From assembly GCF_963921235.1 (NCBI RefSeq), contig NC_086108.1, forward strand, positions 81,532,001 to 81,596,000: a stretch of DNA of 64,000 nt, in the 5' to 3' direction. The position numbers and the translations under genes are program-made. Source of the stretch: Mobula hypostoma (Eukaryota). The notes under the pieces were generated by a model that was not told the DNA's origin, searched no databases, and saw nothing but the letters and a program-made list of their open reading frames with translations. Of the stretch, positions 1 to 11,149 are shown piece by piece (the stretch's first letter is position 1; every line of letters starts with the position of its first letter).

Positions 1-834
1 GTGCTTAGAAGAAAAAGCAACTGCAGGAATGTGGAGTGAGTGTGCTGGTGTAACTGTGTTGCACTTACTTGGAGCCTGTAGGGACCAGAGTAGCCGAATG
101 GCTCCTTCCATGCTGTGAGAATTTCCTGTGATTTTACGTAAAATTCCTCCTGAATTCTAAATATCTATTTTTCTCTATTCTTCCTACAAAATATATTTAC
201 GCTTCCCTTTATTTTGCACTTTCTACCTGCAACCTTTCGGTTCACTTGCTTAACCTTGTCATCTCAGGAGCTACTCTACATACAATCAACAGATCTTTAA
301 TCTCCAGGTGATACTAATTCATTCAGTTCACTCCAAAAAGGCAATACTTTTCTTAGTTTATCATCTGCTGATGATATTTGCTCGTGCTTGCTCTCTCGCT
401 CTCTAGTTTAATATTTGAAGGTATTTTCTTCGACGGGTAGTTTCTCTGAGTTCAGCCTGAACTCCACTAGGTAGGGAAAAACAGTTAAGATTTACATTGA
501 AGTACAGTGTCTCAACTTGCAAGATGACCTATCTCTTCCTCTGAGCCCTCTTTACTTATAGTCCAAAAATCGCACCACTGCCAGTTTGATTGACACAATC
601 CTTCCTTTTGTCTGTACCCTCTCTTTTCTGTTTGCTGGATAAAGTAAAGTTTGATGTTCTTTGACAGAGAAAAGTTTTGAGTGTCTCAGCAGTCTAAAAC
701 ATATTAACGATAATTTCCCCTGATATTCACACCCGTGAATGCCTGTTAGGGACAAAGCGAGACAGAGCTGAAGTTATCTTGATGCATTGGCTTCTTACTT
801 TGTTGACATTATCATATACTGTAGCAGGGGTCCA

Positions 835-1395
835 TGGGGTGTGTGGGGTGTCAGGGAGGAGTAGCACCCCTGGTGGGGGAACATGTCGCGTCCTTTTCAG
901 GGCGGTTAGTCCACCTTTGGTCCCCACCTGGCACTCAGCTCTCACCTGTGTCTCCCCGTAGCTGTTTGCATGTGACAGCGGCCACACTCCGGGCAACGGT
1001 TTCGACAAGCCGGCTAAAGCAGGTGAGGGTAGCCGACGGGTCTCAAACCCTCGGTGTGATAGGGAGTTGTCTATCCCAGCACGTGAAGACAGACTCCGGC
1101 GGATTGAGCGGACGAGACCAATGGAAGGTCCAATGGTCAAGGCGGCGGTCTCTGCAAGTGTCATGGAACATGTAGAGCAGGACAAGACACAGAAGACGTC
1201 TCGGTCATCCACCGCACCCAGCCCCATCTCCAGCCATCTCGACTCTGTCTTGCCACTGGATCCAGATGGGAACTGGGAAGAGAGAGTGAGGCTGATGCTG
1301 TGCAACTCTCCCTCACTTAAATCCAAATCAAGCACTAGTCTCGACACCATCATAATGGTGTGGAGGTCCTCATCGACGTCAACGATGAATGAACA
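835..1395 (+). mobile_element. Non-autonomous non-LTR retroelement (~560 bp) with HDV-like ribozyme at its 5' end
   Basis: Flanked by a degenerate 14-bp TSD (GTAGCAGGGGTCCA 821-834 / GCAGCGGGGGTCCA 1396-1409). GC-rich and structured, with no credible ORF and a short ATGA-like tail. Confidence 0.75.
836..1029 (+). ncRNA. HDV-like (nested double pseudoknot) ribozyme fold; this copy has a P3 mismatch
   Basis: P1 836-842/984-990; P2 939-949/1018-1029; P3 950-952/981-983; L3 starts TCC; GGGCAA 991-996; P4 997-1012; J4/2 GCTAA with putative catalytic C1014. Confidence 0.7.
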
Positions 1396-1679
1396 GCAGC
1401 GGGGGTCCAGAAGAGAAGCTTGTGGTTGCATGAACAAAATATTTCAGGATTCCATCTCCAGTTTACAGTCTGTTTGAAAAGTATTACCACTGATGTAAGA
1501 TTCCACCACAATATCTTAGACCAGAAATTGCAGTCAATTTTCTAAAGGCTAATATTTGGTTCACCATGAGTTCGTCAGCATTCACCACTAAAGTGTCTGG
1601 CTACATTTCCTTTAGCCACATTAATGTTCTTTGAATTTAATTAGTATTAAATGTGCTGTATTCTTGGTATTTATAAGAC

Positions 1680-1960
1680 CTTAAGACACTGGAGCAGAAT
1701 TAGGTCATTTGGCCAAACAAGTCTGCTCTGCCATTCCATCATGGTTGAATTATTATCCCTCTCAACCCCATTGTCCTGCCTTCTCCTCCTAACCTTTGAC
1801 ACCCTGACTAATGGAGAAGCGATCACCCTCTGCTGTAAATATATTCAATGACTTGGCCTCCACAGCTGTCTGTGGCAATGAAGTACACAGATTCACTACC
1901 GACTGGCTAAAATAATTCCTTCTCATCTCTGTTCTAAAGGGACACCTTTCTATTCTGTTG
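1680..1960 (-). mobile_element. CR1 LINE 3' fragment, decayed
   Basis: Resembles the CR1 3' ends at 26227 and 29669. Confidence 0.65.
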
Positions 1961-2477
1961 GTCTTTCTTGCTGCTGTAAATGTTTAAAATGCACTCAGGG
2001 GTCACTTTATTAGGTACAGGAAATGTAAATAAATCAGGTACGTAGTGGTAGACGTGGAGCTACCATTTGTTTTCCATTATTGATTCAATTCAAAATTACT
2101 CAAAACCAGTGGTCTCACTGGATAAGAATAGTGGATCACCTAATATAAAAGATGCCTGCTATGGTCTTGCAATGAAAGCTTCATGGCCACCATTTTACTC
2201 ATGACTACTTCAAATTCTGAAGCCTACTTTCTCAGGATTAATAGCCCATACTTCTGGATTACATGGTCGACACTCCATTGTTGAATTATCATTTCTGTGA
2301 AGAACACATAATATGATACTCTAGTCAGCTATTATTAAGTGAATATTCTAGCCCCTTTACAGTACAGTACAGCTTTCTTTTTGCACTGCATGTTTATTTC
2401 TTATTGTAATACATTTCTTATTCTATTTTAGGTATTGAACTGTATTGTTGTCACAAAACTACAAATTTCATGATATA

Positions 2478-3014
2478 CATAGTGGCCTCTTTATTAGGTA
2501 CACCAGTACACCTGCTCACTAATGCATAAATCTAATCATGCGGCAGAAACTCATTGCATAAAAGCATGCAGACATGGTCAAGAAGTCCAGTTGCGGTTCA
2601 GACCAAACATCAGAATGGGGAAGAAGTGTGATCTAAGTGACTTTGAATGTGGGATGATTATTGGCGCCAGTCAGGGTGGTTTGAGTATCTTAGAAACTGC
2701 TGATCTTCTGGGATTTTCACATACAGTCTCTAGAGTTCACAGAAAATTCTGGGGAAAACTAAAAATAAACATCCTGTGACCAGCACTTACGTAGGAAAAA
2801 ACAAATTGTTCATGAGACAGGTCGGCAGAGAATAGCCAGAATGGTTCAAGCTGACAGGAAGGTGACAGTGACTCAGATAACAATGTGATACAGCAGTGTT
2901 GTGTAGAAGAACATCTCTAAATGCACAACACGTTGAAGCTTGAAAGGGATGGGCTACAGCAGCAGAAGACCACCAACATACTGAAATACACTCAGTAGCC
3001 ACTTTATTAGGTAC
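2478..3014 (+). mobile_element. Tc1-family transposon derivative (N-terminal transposase HTH fragment)
   Basis: TA followed by TIR-like CATAGTGGCCTCTTTATTAGGTAC. Encodes MGKKCDLSDFECGMIIGA...ETADLLGFSHTVSRV, typical of fish Tc1 transposase N-termini. Homologous copy at 40920. Confidence 0.85.
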
Positions 3015-3904
3015 CTCTAAGTGATAACAAACCTGATTCTGATTCATCCACACCACAACCACAAAGCATCTTGATCATTACCTCTCCCATTGTGGGAGGG
3101 CGTTCAGATACTATCCTGCCAGTGATCTACACAAACCTGCCCTCTCAATAGACATCTTAGAATTCAGTTCATCCAGATCATTTCCTGAAAACGAAAGCCA
3201 AAAAGCAAGCAAAGCATGAAGGACAATAAAGTAAGTGCTCACTTTGAACCCTAAGCCATAGAAAGGCAGGAGTAGGCCTCCATTCAAAAACCTCCCTATG
3301 AGAGTGTGGAAACGTTATGAACATGTACCTCCTCTTCTAACAACCTGCTTACAAAAGTAGATGTTTCTAGTATGCAAACACAAGAACACCGTCATTACTA
3401 AGCCCTAGAATATATGTTTACAGCGGCAAATCTGCTGCAATTAGTGACCAGTATGAGTGTGTAGCAAGCCAACAGTCGGCACAGAATCTGCTGTTGCAGA
3501 TGTGGTTAAGTATCATTCAAATCTGATGAGACAACAAGCCCTCTGAGTGGAAACAGGTTTTTACTCGCTGATCTGTTTACGTTATTTTAAACAACAGCAA
3601 AAGTCAAAATTCCATTATGATGTAGCTAATGTAATCTTGCAGGGCTTTATCATGAGGACTGGAATTAGGTTTCCATAAACATATGAACTCTACAGCCACT
3701 ATTGAACAGACTTCATGAAAACTGCCGTTCAGCTGTTGCTGTAAGGTAGCATAGTGAGGAAAGTGTGTACCTTGATACACGTGGGCCTTTAGCTTCTGGA
3801 CGGGTAATGACAATTAAGTTTAAAGTTCAAAGTAAATTTATTATCAAAGTACATATATGTCACCTTATAAAACCCTGATGTTTGTTTCCTTGAGGGCATA
3901 CTCA

Positions 3905-4660
3905 ATTTGGTCACCTACCTACAGAAAAGATGTAAATAAGGTTGAAAGAGTACAGGGAAAATTTACAGGGACATTGTCAGGTGTGCAGGACCTGGAGGAC
4001 CTGGGTTACATGGAAAGACTGAATAAGTTCCGACTTTATTCCTTGAAACATGGACGATCGAAATGAGGCTTGAGAGGGGTGTACAAAATTATGAGGGTCT
4101 TTTAGGCATCCGTTAGTCTCATGAGACCATGGATTTGCGCCTTGGAAGGCTTCCAGGGCGCAGCGCTGGACAAGGTTGTATGGAAGACTGGCAGTTTCCC
4201 ATGCTGCAAGTCTGTCCTCTCCACGCCACCGATGTTGTCCAAGGGAAGGGCACTAGGGCTGATACAGCTTGGCACGGGAGCAATGTGTGGTTAAGTGCCT
4301 TGCTCAAGGACACAACACACTGTCTCAGCTGAGGCTCAAAGTAGTGACCTTCAGATCACTAGACTGATGCCTTAACCACTTGGCCACGCGCCAACATGAC
4401 AAAATTATGAGGGTATAGACAGGGTAAATGTAAGCAGGAGGGGAAATGTGTTCACTCGGGCGGGTGGTGGGAGTGTGGAACAAGTTGCCAGTGCAAGAGG
4501 AGCACGCGAGCTCGATTTCAACATCTAATGGAAGTTTGGATCGACACATGGGTTGTAGGGGAATGCAGGGCGGTGCTCCCTCTGCAGGTCGATGGGAGTA
4601 GGCGCATTAAATGGTTCAGCACAGACTGCATGGGCCGAAGGGCCTGTTTTGCGCTGTAGT
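3905..4660 (+). mobile_element. CR1 LINE 3' fragment interrupted by a SINE
   Basis: WSPTYRKDVNKVERVQGKFT...ERLNKFRLYSL (CR1 ORF2 C-terminus) followed by a CR1 3' UTR. Confidence 0.8.
4099..4398 (-). mobile_element. tRNA-derived SINE with RTE-type tail
   Basis: tRNA-like head on the minus strand (TGGCCAAGTGGTTAAGG). Exact 16-bp TSD ACAAAATTATGAGGGT at 4083-4098 and 4399-4414. Confidence 0.85.
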
Positions 4661-4689
4661 TTTCTCTCTCTCTCTCTCTCTCTCTCTGA

Positions 4690-5085
4690 CTCTAAATCCA
4701 ATAACCACAATACTATCAATGAAAGACCACACCCAACAGGGCAGACAACCAGTGTGCAAAAGACAACAAACTGTGCAAATGCAAAAAAAAGAAGAATGAT
4801 AACAAATAAATAAATAATTGATAAATACCTAGAACATCTTTGAAAGTGAGTTCATAGGTTGTGCAAACGGTTCAGTAATGGGTCAAGTGAAGTTAGCCCC
4901 ACTGGTTCAAGAGCCTGATGATTGAGGGGTAATAACTGTTCCTGAACCTGGTGGTGTGAGTCCTGAGGCTCCTGTACCTGGGTGGTGGGGTCTCTGATGA
5001 TAGATGCTGCTTTCCTTTGACAACACTCCCTGTAGATGTGTTCAATGGTGAGGAGGGCTTTACCCATGATGGACTGGGCCATATC
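4690..5085 (-). mobile_element. Rex1/Babar LINE 3' fragment
   Basis: Peptide remnants RKAASIIRDP and RYRSLRTHTTRFRNSYYPSIIRLLN match the Rex1/Babar ORF C-terminus. Confidence 0.75.
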
Positions 5086-5261
5086 CTGTGGATGAGTTTG
5101 TACATTCTCCCCGTGACCACATGAGTTTCCTCTGGGGCTTCATTTTCGTCCCACATTCCAAAGACGTATGGATTAGTAGGTTAATTGGTCACGTGGGTGT
5201 AATTGAGCAGCATGGAGTCATTAGTTTAGGAGGGCCTGTTACTATGCAGTCTCTCTAAACA

Positions 5262-6260
5262 GAGTCAAAGAGTCATAGAGAAGTACAGCACAGAAACAGG
5301 CCCTTCAGCCCATCTAGTTCATGTCAAAACCATTAAACTGCCTACTCCAGTCGACCTGCACCAGGATTCATACTATCCATGCACCTATCCAAGCTTTTCT
5401 TAGACGTTGAAATCAAGCTCATGTGCTGGCAGCTCATTCCACACCCTCATAACCCTCTGAGTGAAGAAGTTTTCCCTCATGTTCCCCCTTAAACTTCTCA
5501 CCTTTCACCCTTAATCCATGACCTCTGGTTATAGTCCCACCCAACCTCAATGGAAAAACCCTGCTTGCATTTACCCCATCTAAACCCCTCATAATTTTGT
5601 ATACCTCCAACAAATCTCCTCTCAATCTTCTACATTCTAAAGAATATAGTCCTAACCTATTCAATCTTTCCATATAACTTAGATCCTCCAGACCCAGCAG
5701 CATCTTTGTAAATTTTCCTTGCACCCTTTCAGCCTGTTTAAAATCTTTCTTATAGGTAGGTGACCAAAACTGCATGCAATACTCCAAATTATGTCTCACC
5801 ATTATATTATACAACTTCAATATAACATCCCATCTTTGGTACAATACATTGATTTATGAAGGCCAATATGCCAAAATATTTCTTTGTGATCCAATCTACC
5901 TATGACGCCACTTTCAATGAATTATAGACCTGTATTCCAAGCTCCCTTTGTTCTATCACACTCCTCAGTGCCCTACCGTTCACTGTTTAAGACCTACCCT
6001 TGTTGGTCCTACTGAAGTGCAAACCTAGCACTTGTCTGTATTCAATTCCATTTGCCATTTTTAGCCTATTTTTCCAGCTGATGCAGATCCCTCTGCAAGC
6101 TATGATAGCCTTCCTCACTATCCACTGCACCCCCAATGTTGGTGTCATCTGCAAATTTGCTGATCTAGCTAACCACATCCAGATCATTGATACAGATGAC
6201 AAACAACAAAGGAACCAGCACCGATTCCTGCAGCATACCACTAATCACAAGCCTCTAGCC
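5262..6260 (-). mobile_element. CR1 LINE, 5'-truncated and decayed
   Basis: RT remnant KFADDT and C-terminal LEYCMQFWSP...RLRGDLLEVYKIM...TRGHGLRV. Confidence 0.9.
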
Positions 6261-6432
6261 AGAGAATCAAGCCTCAACTACTAAATGTTAATTAGCTATT
6301 GTAAATTGTCCAGTGACTGGGGCAAGATTAAATTGTGGGATTACTGGGCGGCGTGACCCAAAGGGCCGGAAATGGCTGCTCCACGCTGTATCTCAATAAA
6401 TTAATAAATAAAATGCTGTAAGAGCTCAACAG

Positions 6433-7073
6433 ATGCCAATGATAGAACAACATCATTTGACTCCCTCAACTTGTCGGATGATTGCTTTTGTTACATTAAT
6501 GGCTAGAAGATCCATACTATTGAATTGGAAAAGATTAATCCTCCTACTACATTTCAATGGTTTTCGCAAACTATGTCTTGTTTAAATTTAGAAAAAATTA
6601 GAAGCGTCATTTATGACCTTTCTATTAAATTTGAAGAGATTTGGAGACCATTTATTCAATACTTTCATGTGATGTAATTTGACCCTTTCCAATTCTACTC
6701 TGTTATTCTATATATGGAGAGAGGAGCGGAGTTAATGACACTAATGGTCTTATCTGAGGTATCATAATAGCCCATACTTTTTCTTTTTGTTAGTTTAGTT
6801 TTTCTTTAGTTGGTTTAGATTTGTTTTTCTGTTTTGGGGGAAATTTTTTTTTCTTTTTTTTTCTCTTTTTTCATGATATTTTTTCCATTATTATCTTATA
6901 TAGCCCTATATTAGAGCTATACTTTTTGAGATTTTGGGAGGCTCATGAATTATGTGTCAATTGAGGTTATATTTGTTTAAACTATTTCAATAATGTAATC
7001 CCAATTTCTCTGTCTCTATTTTTCTGCGATGTATATGATGCTGAAACTAATAAAAAGATTGAAAAAGAAAGAG
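6433..7073 (+). mobile_element. L1-clade LINE 3' end (ORF2 C-terminus, T-rich 3' UTR, A-rich tail)
   Basis: IAFVTLMARRSILLNWK...FQWFSQTMSCLNLEKIR...FEEIWRPFIQYF. AATAAA then A-rich end. 13-bp TSD AAGAGCTCAACAG at 6420-6432 and 7074-7086. Inserted in a Penelope-derived repeat. Confidence 0.85.
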
Positions 7074-7361
7074 AAGAGCTCAACAGGTCAGGCAGCATCC
7101 AAGGGGAGAAATGAACAGTCGCTGTTTTGGGCTGAGACCCTTCATCAGTATTTCATTAGCTCACCCAGCATTTGCATGTGCTACTTAACAACTGGTCTAG
7201 CATCTTGTGCTAGTGATACAGAGTCCCAACAAATGGATTATGTTGCCTCCCTCTCAAATGCATAGAAATTCTGTACCATTCACAAAATAATACCAAAGGT
7301 GATAACTGAATACCATAATTGGATCTTACGCACATAGTCTTATGTAATTCAATATACTCAC

Positions 7362-7525
7362 CTCTAACGTCACTCCTGTGGAGCTCAGTGATGAGGTAGC
7401 GGTGGTGGATGACTGTGGAAAAATGATTTTAACACTTTCATGCTGATGGACAGAAGATGAGCACACAGTTAAAAATTTGAGCAGCCTCAAACCACTCTCC
7501 CACTTCCTACTTAATAGAAACAGGT
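7362..7525 (-). other. Candidate exon of an unidentified transcript
   Basis: Strong donor GAG|GTGAGTA at 7362/7361, several polypyrimidine-AG acceptors upstream (7412, 7442, 7525) and one open frame. Peptide not recognised. Confidence 0.3.
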
Positions 7526-8439
7526 CTGAGGTGAAGGAATCAAAGTGCTTTCAGTTGATGATCATTCACTGAAATGGCTGCTTGTCTTCATATTGCCAGA
7601 TTTTTTACATTTAATTCACAAAGCCTAGAAATAGGATTGAGGAGTAGAGGTGAAGCAGATCTATGAGGTAAGGAATTTTATCAGAATCAGATTTATTATC
7701 ACTCACATTAGAGTTGAAATTTATTGTTTTGTGGTAGCAGTTACTATAAGTTACAATAATAAATAGATAAATACACAAATATATACATAAATAGATGGAT
7801 AGATAGTGAGAAAGAGGATGGATAGATAGTGAGAAAGAGGAATAGTGAGGCAGTGTTAATGGGTTCAAGGACAATTCAGAAACTTAATGGCAGAGGGGAA
7901 AAAGCTTTTCCTAAAACCACTGCTTCCTCTAAGCTCTGTGGGTCTGTGGCTGTGTAGTAACTGAAATCCTCCCGCTCACATAGCCTTTGATGCTGCACAG
8001 CTGGAATTTTCTTTTATGTAATGTGCCACGCAGGATTTAGGCCATGTAAAAATTTCATCCTCAGAGCAATGGTTGGTCCATGCAGCTGTAAAAATTTGAG
8101 GGAAAGTCGCCTGAAGCATTCGAATGTGGGTCTTCAGGCTCCTGTACCTCCTCCCTGATGGTAATCATGAGAAGAGGGCATTTCCTGGATGGCGAGCATG
8201 CTAAATGTTGTCCTTACTTTGCAATGATTCTGACACTGAAGTCAATCTAGAGTAGCCATGTTATGCCTTTGCATGTTTAGAGATTAACAGACTAGTGTTG
8301 CATCCTGAACAATTATTCAAATACTTCTTATTTTAATTCAGTCATTACTTATGTGAAGTAAAAAAGTAATAACACTCCACATTTCCCACACTTCAGAAAT
8401 GCTGCACTACAAAAATATTTGATGCATCATTTGGGCTTC

Positions 8440-8705
8440 TGAAAGCTTTTAGAGTGGTGATGAGGAGGGATTTCTTTAGCCAGAGTGTGGTGAATCTATG
8501 GAATTCGTTGTGGAGACCAAGTCATTGGGTGTCTTCAAGGCAGAGGTTGATAGATTCTTGATTGGTCTGGGCATGAAGGGAAAGGGGGAGAAGGCGGGAA
8601 ATTGGGGCTGAGAGGGAAAATGGACCGGCCATGATGAAATAGCGGAACAGACTCGATGGGCCAAATGACCTAATCTGCTGCCATATCTTCTGGTCCTATG
8701 GTCCT
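8440..8705 (+). mobile_element. CR1 LINE 3' end
   Basis: NFFSQSVVNLWNSL-type C-terminus and CR1 3' UTR ending TATCTTCTGGTCCTATGGTC. Confidence 0.75.
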
Positions 8706-9204
8706 TTTTTTGAAGTGACATTCTTTCTCCCTTTTACATCCTTACTTCCATCAGTTTACACTTCAGAAATAAATTAGCTACTTTGGTTCTTTGGAGTGTG
8801 GAAGATATAGTAGAAAGAAAGGACTGGTATTTATATAGCACCTCACACAATTTCCATAAAGCTTCATCATTACTAAAGTAACATTTAGAGTTTGGTCTCT
8901 ACCAAAGCGTTGAAAACACAGTAGCAAAATTATATCGAATGAGATCCCACATGAAGTACATAATTGACATAATAAAATTTTCTTTAAAAAATCAAGATGT
9001 TGAAAATACTAAACAGGTCTAACATTTTGACAAACAGTTCTGAAAAATGATCACACATATGAAACTTGTTTTACTCTTCATAGGTGCACCCTGACTTTAT
9101 GTATATTTCCACTGCTTTCAAGGTTTCTTTCAAATTTCTATCACTAGATTTGTTTTTGAATTTTTTTTTTAAGTCTCATTGATTGGGAGGAATCTGGTTT
9201 TGGT

Positions 9205-9577
9205 CCGTGGCATCAAGGACACGACCCACCCAGCCAACACACTTTTCGTCCCTCCTCCTCCTGGGAGAAGGCTCAGGAGCTTGAAAACTCGTACGGCCAG
9301 ATTTGGGAACAGCTTCTTTCCAACTGTGATAAGACTGCTGAACGGATCCTGACCCGGATCTGGGCCGTACCCTCCAAATATCCGGACCTGCCCCTCGGTT
9401 TTTTTGCACTACCTTACTTTCCCTTTTCTATTTTCTATTTATGATTTATAATTTAAATTTTTAATATTTAATATCAATTTGTAATCCAGGGAGCGGGAAG
9501 CACAGAATCAAATATCACTGTGATGATTGTACATTCTAGTATCAATCGGTTGGTGACAATAAAGTATAAAGTATAAA
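9205..9577 (+). mobile_element. Rex1/Babar LINE 3' end
   Basis: GIKDTTHPANTLF...GRRLRSLKTRTARFGNSFFPTVIRLLN, ending CAATAAAGTATAAAGTATAAA. Confidence 0.8.
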
Positions 9578-9599
9578 AAGGTTGAGAACTGCTGATTTA

Positions 9600-9859
9600 G
9601 ACTGCCACAAGCCACACCACCCAGCACCCCACCTATTAGACCCTAGCCTAATCAGAGGACAAGTTAGAATGATCAACTAACCTACAAACTGCTACCTTTT
9701 TGGGCTGTGGGAGGAAACTGGAGCTCCCAGAGCAAATTCACGTGGTCACGGGGAGAACGTACAAATTCCATACAGTTGGCACCGGAATTGAACTCCGTAC
9801 TCCAACACTCCGAACTATGATAGCGTCATGCTAACTGCTGCACTAACATAGCGCCCCAC
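9600..9859 (-). mobile_element. tRNA-derived SINE (V-SINE/HE1-like)
   Basis: tRNA-like head with B-box GAGTTCAATTCC and central GTACGTTCTCCCCGTGACC...GTTTCCTCCCAC domain, shared with the SINEs at 12365, 31180 and 56025. Confidence 0.75.
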
Positions 9860-10023
9860 AAAATATGGAGCACTTCACGAATCTGTGTGTCGTCCTTGCG
9901 CAGGGGCCATGCTAATCTTCTCTGTATTGTTCCAGTTTTAGTATACGTGCTGTCAAATTTCCCTCGGGATCAATAAAGTATATCTATCTACCTATCTATC
10001 TATCTATCTGTCAAATTGAGCAC
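9860..10023 (-). pseudogene. RNU6: Full-length U6 snRNA retropseudogene, interrupted near its 5' end
   Basis: Reverse complement matches U6 from GTGCTC through ACAGAGAAGATTAGCATGGCCCCTGCGCAAGGA to CCATATTTT, with scattered transitions. A short LINE-tail insert (AATAAAG + (TATC)n) has TSD CTGTCAAATT at 9950-9959 and 10008-10017. Confidence 0.95.
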
Positions 10024-10774
10024 AAAGTTTCTAAATATTATTTTTTAAGACTGTACTGTGTAAACAATCAATTTAACACATTGGATGGTGCAGTGATTTC
10101 ATATAAATACTATTGGAAAAAATAGAAGTGTTCTTATTTGGCAAATTGTATCTAATCTACCTGCTTGATCTCAGTTCTAGTATTAATGCATATTTCTGCA
10201 TTTAATGTGTATGAATAATTTTAGTTGCATTCAAATCTGATTTTATACTAAATATTGGACATGTTTCCAAAGTCATGGAAAGTTTGACTCCAATGTTATG
10301 AATGCTTGTGGATCAGGGAAATACCCATCTAAGGTTATTGTTGAAAGTGTTATTGGAACAGTTTAGAGAGAGACCTGATACCATTATAGCTGTTACATGT
10401 AGCCATTATGTATCTAAAATATTGTTGGCTCTGTTAAGAGGAAAATGTTGAAACCAGTTGCTTTCCATTCTTCAGCCTTTTAAATAAAACACAATAAACA
10501 TCAAATTCCTTCCTATTTACCCATTTCTTAGTTGCCAACACTAGCTCTTTTACAACTTTGGTGCTCTTCAAGATCCTTCCACTGATACAACACCATCTCC
10601 TCAATCCCCTCCACGTTTTCATGCCCTCTTAGAATCCGCATGGTCTAGTTTGCTGCCCCCCCCCGAACTTTCATCCCAAACGCTAGTCATTTCAATTCCG
10701 ACCTTTTAGAATTGTTTTTATCCTTCCATCTTTCTACAATATCATACTTCCATATTTCAATACCTTAAAATTAA

Positions 10775-11149
10775 ATGGGTGGTGGGGTGGAGATATGTCT
10801 CTACCAAAGGAAGAGTAAGGTACTCCTTCACTTCCTTAGCCTGCATGTCACCCTTGGGCAAGGTGTAGCACCTGCTTAGTCCCTGATCAGGGTCACGTGA
10901 AGCCATGGAGAAGATGGTGGATGGTCATATGGGCATATCACAAGATCTGGTTATGCAACCACTGACACCAGGCAGACAGTCTATGAAGAGTATTGTTAAT
11001 GGCTATGGAGACCCCTGCCTTGTAAAGACACTGCCCAGAAGAAGGTAATGGCAAACCACTTCTGTAGAACAATTTGCCAAGAACATTCATGGTCAGGGAA
11101 AGACCATGATCGCCTACATCATATGACATGACACATAATGATGATGATG
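10775..11149 (+). mobile_element. RTE-related non-autonomous element
   Basis: GAAGAAGGTAATGGCAAACCACTTCTGTA motif (RTE/BovB 5'-UTR-like), (ATG)n tail, TSD AAAATTAA at 10767-10774 and 11150-11157. Confidence 0.75.

Noticed and set aside
727..1477. Overlapping ORFs up to 236 aa
   Set aside because: They lie in a GC-rich, TSD-flanked non-coding retroelement and show no recognisable protein motifs.
10775..10900. Possible second HDV-like ribozyme (CACCCTT-GGGCAA-GGTGTAGCACC-TGCTTAG)
   Set aside because: It has a GGGCAA plus P4-like hairpin, but I could not assign convincing P1, P2 and P3 in this copy.
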